From positions 688-64,687 of the forward strand of contig BPJI01000002.1 in the NCBI GenBank assembly GCA_026004535.1: a stretch of 64,000 bases of DNA, written 5' to 3'. Source of the stretch: Candidatus Parcubacteria bacterium (GTDB lineage: Bacteria > Patescibacteriota > Minisyncoccia > UBA6257 > HR35). Positions 57,348 to 64,000 of the stretch are shown here, in pieces. Numbering within the stretch: position 1 is the first letter of the stretch; each line of letters begins with the position of its first letter. The position numbers were made by a program, and so were the translations under genes. Below the pieces are notes generated by a model that was not told the origin of the DNA, did no database searches, and saw nothing but the letters and a program-made list of their open reading frames with translations.

Positions 57348-58631
57348 ATGAATAAATACGGTTTAAACTTCATTGGAAAAGAATATGCAATAAATCTATA
57401 TCAAAAAGAAACTGAAAAAAAGTTATATTTAAACGAAAGTTTAAGCAGAAACACCTATGAAACCAACAATATTGTGATACAAGGTGATAATTTAGAGGCA
57501 TTGAAACTATTAAAGAAAGATTATGAAGGTAAAATAAAGTGTATTTATATTGACCCGCCGTATAACACAGGAAACAAATTTGTTTACAACGATAAGTTTA
57601 ATGATTTAGAACTATTCAGCATATTGGGAATAGATAAGAAAGAGTCACGCAAATTAAGAACGAAAAAGGGGCATAATGCATGGTTGACATTTATGTATCC
57701 ACGATTGATGTTGGCAAGGGATTTATTGAGCGACGACGGTGTGATTTTTATCAGCATAGATGATAATGGGTTTTCAAATTTGAAGTTAATATGTGATGAA
57801 ATTTTTGGGGAGGAGAATTTTGTGGCTACACTTATACATCAAAGAGCCAAGGGAGGCGGACAAGCCAAGCATATAGTAAAAGGGCATGATTACATATTGT
57901 TGTATAGTAAAAATATAAATTTAATTAAACCTTTAAGAAGAGATAAAACCAAAAAGTATAAAATTATTGATAAAAATGGAAAAAAATATATTTATAATGA
58001 TGATGTTGTTAGAAAAACTTTCGGTAAATATAACAAAAACATGGGAGACAGAAGATGTTATTATGAAGAATTAAATAAATACAAGAATGAAGCACAGGTT
58101 AAAAAAATTAAAGAAAAGATTAATAACGGAGAATACTTTTTAGAAAAAACAGAATCAGGTTTACATAAAATATGTAAGTTAGAACCACTTGAAGAAGCGT
58201 ATTCAAAAGTTTATTCAATTATTAATAGTAATGATAGCACTATTAAAGTTTTATCTGAAAAAGGTATCGAAGATTTAGAAAAACTTAACATACCAGTTTT
58301 TACTTATCCTAAACCAGTTGAATTAATAAAGTTTTTAATAAAATCTTTACCCGAAAACAACATCATCCTCGACTTCTTCGCAGGCAGTGGCACTACAGGA
58401 CACGCAGTGATGCAACTAAATGCCGAAGACGGGGGCAACCGTAAATTTATACTCGTTCAATTGGATGAACCGTTAAAAGAAGGAACGAAAGCATATCAAT
58501 ATTGCATTGAGCATAATTTAAAACCTGTGCTTTCATCCCTTACTATTGAAAGATTGAAAAAGGCAGGCGATATAATTAAGAATAATGGCAATAATGTGGA
58601 TATAGGATTTAAGGTTTATGATTTAATATAA
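57348..58631 (+). CDS. beta-class DNA methyltransferase (N-4/N-6 domain). I moved the start to the ATG at 57348; the ORF track began at a GTG
   Basis: Motif IV CIYIDPPYNTGN precedes motif I FFAGSGTTGHAV, which is the beta-class order. Confidence 0.8.
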   Translation: MNKYGLNFIGKEYAINLYQKETEKKLYLNESLSRNTYETNNIVIQGDNLEALKLLKKDYEGKIKCIYIDPPYNTGNKFVYNDKFNDLELFSILGIDKKESRKLRTKKGHNAWLTFMYPRLMLARDLLSDDGVIFISIDDNGFSNLKLICDEIFGEENFVATLIHQRAKGGGQAKHIVKGHDYILLYSKNINLIKPLRRDKTKKYKIIDKNGKKYIYNDDVVRKTFGKYNKNMGDRRCYYEELNKYKNEAQVKKIKEKINNGEYFLEKTESGLHKICKLEPLEEAYSKVYSIINSNDSTIKVLSEKGIEDLEKLNIPVFTYPKPVELIKFLIKSLPENNIILDFFAGSGTTGHAVMQLNAEDGGNRKFILVQLDEPLKEGTKAYQYCIEHNLKPVLSSLTIERLKKAGDIIKNNGNNVDIGFKVYDLI

Positions 58632-58663
58632 AAAAATATAGCGTAAACATTAAAAAATAAAAA

Positions 58664-59122
58664 ATGAAGACAAAATTTGAAACAAAGTGGAGTATTTCAT
58701 ACGACTATAAAACATCGGACGGGTTTTTTTTTAAAAGGGATTATGGAAAGTACCGTTCGGGATTACTTTGGATATATAAGGATGGAGTAATATATGTGGC
58801 GGAAGATGAGGACTTGGGCGAAGACCTTATATTTTTGAGAAATGCTGTGCACGGCACTATATTGTGGATAGCAAGAGGAAATTTTGGACAAACCAAAAAT
58901 GACACTAATGCCTTTTGGTTTGATCCGCATGGTTCCTATATACTTATTTGCGTTGATTGTGGTGGTGGTTTCAAAAAGAGTCTTGGATATGCAGATAATT
59001 GGGTGCTGCAAAAAGCAATTTACTACCATCGGGTTGTTTCAAAATGCGGCGAAATAGGGCTCGTTTGGATAATCTTGGATCTTAATGATATTACACAATC
59101 AGACAACGCTGCTAATTTTTAA
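58664..59122 (+). CDS. hypothetical protein (152 aa) co-oriented with the MTase inside the inverted-repeat-bounded segment
   Basis: An ORF rich in aromatic and Gly residues. The antisense ORF is spurious. Confidence 0.5.
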   Translation: MKTKFETKWSISYDYKTSDGFFFKRDYGKYRSGLLWIYKDGVIYVAEDEDLGEDLIFLRNAVHGTILWIARGNFGQTKNDTNAFWFDPHGSYILICVDCGGGFKKSLGYADNWVLQKAIYYHRVVSKCGEIGLVWIILDLNDITQSDNAANF

Positions 59123-59198
59123 TTCTAAATTTAAAAGTTCTACCTTGTAAAAAATATCTATATATTAAATCAAAAGTTCATTTAACATGATAAAACAT

Positions 59199-59293
59199 AA
59201 GAAGTCAAAAAGTGGCTCAAACCCGCTGGTCGCAATGGATTGAGGTGTTTTCGTCATATTATGGTGTAAACTTTAAAATTTAAAACTATGAAA
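59199..59293. repeat. right copy of the inverted repeat of about 95 bp; it includes the start codon of the 59288 gene
   Basis: See the left copy. Confidence 0.85.
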
Positions 59294-59542
59294 AATTACA
59301 GAAGAGAAGTAAAAAGATCGCAAGGTAGTTTTCTTAAATTTTGGGAAATTTGCCTCGATGAAGGGTACTTCATCGGGGATTGGCCGTTTGTAATGGCGGC
59401 CTATACCATCTTCCTCGAAGATGGAGGGAGGAGAACGAGTCAAACAGAAAAAGAGTACCGGGAACTCATGTCCCGGTATGAAGCTCCATCAGCCATGAAA
59501 GAGGAAAAAATAAAAAAGGGCATGTTCGGTGAAACCGAATAA
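59288..59542 (+). CDS. hypothetical GC-richer small protein (84 aa)
   Basis: An ORF with atypical (GC-richer) codon usage, driven by the inverted-repeat promoter/leader copy. Confidence 0.5.
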   Translation: MKNYRREVKRSQGSFLKFWEICLDEGYFIGDWPFVMAAYTIFLEDGGRRTSQTEKEYRELMSRYEAPSAMKEEKIKKGMFGETE

Positions 59543-59556
59543 TGCCCTTTTTTTAT
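59516..59556 (+). terminator. compound hairpin terminator AAGGGCAT-g-TTCGG-tgaaa-CCGAA-ta-ATGCCCTT followed by T7; it overlaps the stop codon
   Basis: Nested stems read directly from the sequence, with a T-run at 59548-59556. Confidence 0.7.
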
Positions 59557-59625
59557 TTAAAGGTGACCACGACCTGTAACGTGAAACACCTGCCGTGTGG
59601 TGCAGGCAGTTAAATTAAAACTTTT

Positions 59626-60072
59626 ATGGAAACTATAATATTACATCAAAACAAGAAATTTAGAATGTATAGCGAAAGAGGCGGCATGACTTGGAGAATA
59701 TTAAAATTGTTCTCTGAGGATACTCTTATCAACGAGGTAAGAGTGTCTGTAGCCGCATTGGAAAGTGAAAAAGGATTAGGTCTGTACGACCAAATCCATG
59801 AAATGCTATATGGAGATTATTATAATAAAATCTCTATAATAGCATGGAGGTATCAAAGCGACATATCAGAATACATGAACTATAGGGATGGGTATCGTTT
59901 TATAAAATTGTATCTTGCGTCAGATAATCAAATTATAATAGATACACACAAAGGAATATATCTTTTGTCCCAAGCGGACGAGATATATTCCCGAAGCGCC
60001 TCATTTACTATAGGAATTGCGAAAATAGTTGCGCACTTCATGAAAGAAAAATTGAATATTCATATATTCTAA
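59626..60072 (+). CDS. hypothetical protein (148 aa)
   Basis: An ORF preceded by taaattaaaacttttATG. Confidence 0.5.
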   Translation: METIILHQNKKFRMYSERGGMTWRILKLFSEDTLINEVRVSVAALESEKGLGLYDQIHEMLYGDYYNKISIIAWRYQSDISEYMNYRDGYRFIKLYLASDNQIIIDTHKGIYLLSQADEIYSRSASFTIGIAKIVAHFMKEKLNIHIF

Positions 60073-60081
60073 AAGAAAAAT

Positions 60082-60102
60082 GGGCACTTGATGCCCTTTT
60101 TT
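60082..60102 (+). terminator. hairpin GGGCA-cttga-TGCCC followed by T6
   Basis: A 5-bp GC stem plus a T-run 10 nt after the stop codon. Confidence 0.55.
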
Positions 60103-60125
60103 AAATAAATATTAAAATTAAAACT

Positions 60126-61064
60126 ATGAGCGAAAAAAATAACATCAAAGATATAAGAAAAAATAAATTAGGGGCAACAGATATTGTTGCGATAAATCTG
60201 TTAAGCCCCTTCAAAACACCGTTGGATGTCTATCTTGAAAAGGTAGACAATATTGATACGGTGGATGAAACAAACGAAAATATTGTATTGGGCAAGTGCC
60301 TTGAAAAAGGTATTGCAGAGGCATTTTGCCAAATACATTCTTATAAATTGTCTGAATTGATTGACGAAAAGTCAAGGCAATTCATACACCCTGAATATGA
60401 TTTTATTTCATGTATGATAGATTATATTTGCCTCGACGAATCGGGGAATTTTAACATACTTGAGATCAAAAACGTAACCGGTGCGGTTAAAGAACCGCAC
60501 AGCCATTATGCTGCACAGTTAAAGATACAAATGTACATTACGGGCGTAGAAAGGGGGATACTGTGTTATTATGATTCTTACGGCTTAAAGCACTTTGATT
60601 TTGAATTGGACAATACAAAAAAAGAAGTGGAAAAAATGATAGAAAAGGCTGTAGAGTTTTGGAACGAACATATTGTAAACAAAGTTCCGCCAAAACCTGT
60701 CACAATGGAAGATTTGGGAAAAATAGAAACAGAAAACATAGAGATGACGATAGAATCAGGTATGATAAATGACGGGACGTTGGAGAACGATATTGTTTAT
60801 TGGTGGAATCAATACAAAGAAGCGAAAAAATATGAAGGCTTGTACAAGAAAAAATCAGAGGACGCAGAGAAAAGGATAGTGCAAGCAATTGCGAATAAAT
60901 TGCAAAACATACCCTCATCTTTGATTGTCAATGATGGGGGAAAAAAATTATTCAAATTGAAAAAAATTCAAGCAAGATATTTGGATAATGATAAAATAAA
61001 AGAAGAGTTGGGCGATAGGATTGAGGATTTTTACAAATTAAAATCATTTTTCCGTTTATATTGA
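60126..61064 (+). CDS. YqaJ/lambda-exonuclease-like PD-(D/E)xK exonuclease candidate (312 aa)
   Basis: IDYICLDESGNFNILEIKNVTG supplies a D...D-E...E-I-K arrangement. The gene is translationally coupled (4-nt overlap) to a RecT-like gene. Confidence 0.55.
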   Translation: MSEKNNIKDIRKNKLGATDIVAINLLSPFKTPLDVYLEKVDNIDTVDETNENIVLGKCLEKGIAEAFCQIHSYKLSELIDEKSRQFIHPEYDFISCMIDYICLDESGNFNILEIKNVTGAVKEPHSHYAAQLKIQMYITGVERGILCYYDSYGLKHFDFELDNTKKEVEKMIEKAVEFWNEHIVNKVPPKPVTMEDLGKIETENIEMTIESGMINDGTLENDIVYWWNQYKEAKKYEGLYKKKSEDAEKRIVQAIANKLQNIPSSLIVNDGGKKLFKLKKIQARYLDNDKIKEELGDRIEDFYKLKSFFRLY

Positions 61065-61891
61065 TTATTAATTTATTAACCCAAAAATATAATGTTATGA
61101 GCATAATGACAAAAACCTACGAAAAATTAAAAAAGTGCCATCCGATTTATACGAATGTGCCGTATGATGACAGCAAATGCAAAGAATTTGCTTTTGCTAT
61201 CTCAAAATTTAAGAAAAATATTTTAGAATCATCTATTGTAGGGGCTTATCTCAAATATGTAAACCTTAATTTGTCGTTAAGAGAAGAGTTGGGAGAGTTG
61301 TATCTTATCCCATACAGAGTCAGAAACTCTAAAGAAGACCTTTATATTATTCAGATGACCTTTGGATATAAAGGTATAAGAAAATGGCTACTTCAAAGTA
61401 AAAATATTAAAAACATCATTGCAAACACCGTTTGCATAAGCGACCACATTCATATTGACTTTGGTAATATGACCGTTGAGCATAGCATAAAAGATTATAC
61501 AGTAAAACGTTCAGACCCTGACAATATTATAGGCGTGTATGCCATTGTTTACTTTACCGACGGAGAAAGATACATAAAGTATCTATCAAAAGATGATATT
61601 GAACGTTATAGGTTGCAAAACCCAGACCAAAAGAAAGATGAAATACGTGGTATTTGGGCTAATTATTATGACTATATGATAAAAGGAAAGTTGATAAAAT
61701 CATTGCACAACGATATACCGTTGGAAGCGGATGTATTAAAGGCAATACAATTGGATAATGCCATAATAAAGGACGTGGAGGAGGTTGATTATGTGAATGC
61801 CGAAGAAGTATTTAATGAGAATGAAAGCAATAAAAATAATGATGGCGATAAAGATTCTAAAAATGAAAGTGATACTAAAAATGAAAGTTAA
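61061..61891 (+). CDS. RecT-family single-strand annealing protein candidate (276 aa)
   Basis: LIPYRVRNSKEDLYIIQMTFGYKGIRKWLLQS resembles the RecT core (..PY......v.fi.GYkGl..la..s). Confidence 0.5.
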   Translation: MIINLLTQKYNVMSIMTKTYEKLKKCHPIYTNVPYDDSKCKEFAFAISKFKKNILESSIVGAYLKYVNLNLSLREELGELYLIPYRVRNSKEDLYIIQMTFGYKGIRKWLLQSKNIKNIIANTVCISDHIHIDFGNMTVEHSIKDYTVKRSDPDNIIGVYAIVYFTDGERYIKYLSKDDIERYRLQNPDQKKDEIRGIWANYYDYMIKGKLIKSLHNDIPLEADVLKAIQLDNAIIKDVEEVDYVNAEEVFNENESNKNNDGDKDSKNESDTKNES

Positions 61892-61914
61892 AAATATTCA
61901 TAAAATAAATAAAT

Positions 61915-62217
61915 ATGAAGAAGCAAATGAAACAGAATTATGAATTAAAAAGATACGATGCATACCATTTATTTGACAATGTTTACCGTGTAAAAATAGG
62001 AATGTTTGTATGTGGCTTTGAAAACTATCAAGACGCAGAAGAATATCTTAAGCAAAATAAAGACAAATGTGCAACGGCGTATATTTATGAAGCGGAATTA
62101 GAGGAGGGTAACACCGTGAATATTTTAAGTAGGGCATATTGTGGATACGGGGATGATGACAAAGGTTCATATTCTTATCACGGCACAACGTTTTATATTG
62201 GTGTATTGGAAAAATGA
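61915..62217 (+). CDS. hypothetical protein (100 aa)
   Basis: An ORF. Confidence 0.45.
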   Translation: MKKQMKQNYELKRYDAYHLFDNVYRVKIGMFVCGFENYQDAEEYLKQNKDKCATAYIYEAELEEGNTVNILSRAYCGYGDDDKGSYSYHGTTFYIGVLEK

Positions 62218-62291
62218 GTGAAATGGATAGTAAGTTAAAAAAAAGAAAACATGTAATTTTGGAAACATCATTCTAAAAAATAAATTAAATT

Positions 62292-62711
62292 ATGGAAATG
62301 TTAAACATGTCAAAGAAAAAATTAGAAATTTCAAGTAGTGAAATTGCAAGGCAATTCTGCATAGACAACAATATTGAATTGCCTAAAGGAAGTGAAGAAG
62401 CATTGGAATACGGAAAAAATTTTGAGAATGTTATTAGCAGTGCTTTGCATTTTTCATATAAATATGGATATACGGGAAACTTAAAAGAGTATATAAAATC
62501 ACATAAGCATATCTTAATTAAAGGTATGCAGGAAATGATGGATTTCAACAATATTGTGATTGATACGGAAATAAAATTAGACGATTATGATGCAAAATAC
62601 GATTATTTAGATTCGTTGACATTCAAACAAATTGAAGCAATGGCAGGTGAGAAACTTTTAGATTATTTCATTAAAGGTATTAAAATAAATGATACTTTTG
62701 AAAAGCAATAG
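62292..62711 (+). CDS. hypothetical protein (139 aa)
   Basis: An ORF; the antisense ORF is spurious. Confidence 0.45.
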   Translation: MEMLNMSKKKLEISSSEIARQFCIDNNIELPKGSEEALEYGKNFENVISSALHFSYKYGYTGNLKEYIKSHKHILIKGMQEMMDFNNIVIDTEIKLDDYDAKYDYLDSLTFKQIEAMAGEKLLDYFIKGIKINDTFEKQ

Positions 62712-62787
62712 AACCGCCCGTGATAATTATCGAGGAAGTAAAGAAATTGAACCAAAACGATAATGATAATATTTAAATCTTAAACCA

Positions 62788-63540
62788 ATGAATTGGAAAG
62801 AAAAATTCCCAAAGGAAAACAGGTATTTTGAAACTGACAACGGGATATTATATTGCGGGGATTGTTTAGAAATTTTACCAAAATTCCCGGAAATGGAAAT
62901 TGATTTGGTTTTAACCGACCCGCCGTATGGAATTAATTTCAATTCTAATGTCCCGAAAAAAGGTAGAGAAAAAGAACTGATTAAGAACGATGATAGCATA
63001 GATACACTTTTAAAATTATTTAATGAATCCTTGAAAAATTTAACAAGAATATTGAAAGATGATGCAGAGATTTATTGGTTTTGCAGTGCCGGTGGAAGAG
63101 TTTCACCTTATGCATATCTGGCAATAGAATTAGAGAAATATTATCCCATTTTTAAGCATAAGAATTTACTCGTTTGGGACAAACTTAGCCCTGGCTTTGG
63201 CTGGGATTGGAGATATCAGCATGAGTTAATTATTCAGATAGTGAAAGGTAAAGGTATCAAAAATACCGACAGCGGTGCTTCGAATATTATACGTGCAAAA
63301 AAAGTCATCCCGCAAATGGACGAGCACCCGACGCCCAAAAGCACGAATGTAATCAATCAAATTTTAATTAGGAAACCATCGGATGTAGTCCTTGATATGT
63401 TTTTAGGCAGTGGCACAACGGCATTTTGCTGTGAAAAATCAAATCGTAAATGGATAGGAATAGAAATCGAGCCAAAATACTGCGAAATGGCAAAAAAAAG
63501 GATAGAATCCGAAGCCAAACAATTAAAATTAAACCTATGA
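62788..63540 (+). CDS. beta-class DNA methyltransferase (N-4/N-6 domain) (250 aa)
   Basis: Motif IV LVLTDPPYGINF precedes motif I FLGSGTTAFCCE, with a C-terminal WIGIEIEPKYCEMAKKRI. Confidence 0.8.
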   Translation: MNWKEKFPKENRYFETDNGILYCGDCLEILPKFPEMEIDLVLTDPPYGINFNSNVPKKGREKELIKNDDSIDTLLKLFNESLKNLTRILKDDAEIYWFCSAGGRVSPYAYLAIELEKYYPIFKHKNLLVWDKLSPGFGWDWRYQHELIIQIVKGKGIKNTDSGASNIIRAKKVIPQMDEHPTPKSTNVINQILIRKPSDVVLDMFLGSGTTAFCCEKSNRKWIGIEIEPKYCEMAKKRIESEAKQLKLNL

Positions 63541-63571
63541 ACCTTTAAGCATAATAATATAATTTAAAGTT

Positions 63572-63856
63572 ATGAGAAATGTTTATTATTTTAAATTTAT
63601 AAAAAACGCTTATTACTTTACTGTTTTAGAAATTAAAAATACGGGAGAGAATAAAGATACGAAAGAGTTTTTTAACTTTAAATTGTATAAATTTGTTTGC
63701 ACTATAGAAGAGTTTAAAAAAATAATACAACAAAGAAAGATAAAATTTAAATGGATTGAAGTTTATACTTTTAACGACAACGAAGATTTTGAGTTGTTTG
63801 ATAGAGTTTATTCTATTGAAGAATTAAACTCTATAGAACCTATAAATAAACAATAA
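63572..63856 (+). CDS. hypothetical protein (94 aa)
   Basis: An ORF. Confidence 0.4.
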   Translation: MRNVYYFKFIKNAYYFTVLEIKNTGENKDTKEFFNFKLYKFVCTIEEFKKIIQQRKIKFKWIEVYTFNDNEDFELFDRVYSIEELNSIEPINKQ

Positions 63857-64000
63857 AAACATACAATTATGAAAGATATTGACATTAAAAATTTCCAAGA
63901 CACCATAATGAGATTTTTTTTGTTTGAATACATAATATTATCCTATTATTATTGGGATTTAAATCCCAAACATTGGGGCATTCCCATTATTGGTTTCATA

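Noticed and set aside
57216-59293. The inverted-repeat-flanked segment as a recombinase-driven phase-variation switch.
   Set aside because: There is no serine or tyrosine recombinase gene in the window, and because the repeats are symmetric, inversion would not change which flanking gene receives the promoter. I keep it only as a low-probability alternative within the finding.
58763-62999. Nested or antisense ORFs 58763-59029, 60700-60918, 62285-62551 and 62727-62999.
   Set aside because: They are antisense to better-supported genes (the 152-aa ORF, the exonuclease, 62292-62711, and the MTase start region).

Overview
This is a very AT-rich, gene-dense window that reads as part of a large tailed dsDNA phage (or prophage) rather than a bacterial chromosome. 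No rRNA, tRNA or CRISPR array was found, and I saw no integrase or transposase. Several features point to a Bacteroidetes-type host: no Shine-Dalgarno sequences ahead of start codons, several upstream TAnnTTTG (-7) elements including one with a -33 TTTG at the right spacing, and an N-terminal CarboxypepD_reg-like domain. Many adjacent genes overlap by 4 nt (ATGA). The proteins are Asn/Lys/Ile-rich.

Architecture: a minus-strand block runs from 1 to about 13.0 kb and consists mostly of N- or C-terminally membrane-anchored proteins. It includes a GC-rich, codon-biased gene (12055-12849) that is probably highly expressed. It diverges from a long plus-strand block (13.5-41.9 kb) at an intergenic hub at 12850-13530. 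That hub carries a poly(T)35 tract, an (ATT)8 microsatellite and at least seven copies of a 9-bp mini-palindrome GTTAaTAAC, two pairs of them 11 bp apart. I read it as a candidate replication origin or master regulatory region.

The plus block encodes:
- a 2190-aa split SNF2/DExH-like helicase
- a P-loop NTPase
- an HExxH metallopeptidase
- two N-rich fibre-like proteins
- a lysis cassette: an M15 peptidase plus a holin-like 3-TM protein
- an M23 peptidase with a signal anchor
- a run of extremely charged low-complexity proteins, one ending in a canonical AT-hook
- a zinc-ribbon mini-protein

The right 22 kb is a mosaic of short alternating-strand blocks. It holds:
- an orphan HigA-like HTH regulator
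- a RuvC-like resolvase
- a GH108-like muramidase with a C-terminal TM anchor
- three DNA methyltransferases (one gamma-class, two beta-class)
- a CCA-adding tRNA nucleotidyltransferase with an HD domain
- a tandem family of three paralogues
- a YqaJ-like exonuclease plus RecT-like annealase pair

Two diverged convergent paralogues of a 60-aa protein bracket a 6-kb module. A roughly 95-bp inverted repeat (about 94 % identical) flanks a beta-class MTase and an unknown 152-aa ORF. Each repeat copy carries the start of an outward-facing gene. All functional calls rest on motifs I could read directly; none is database-verified.
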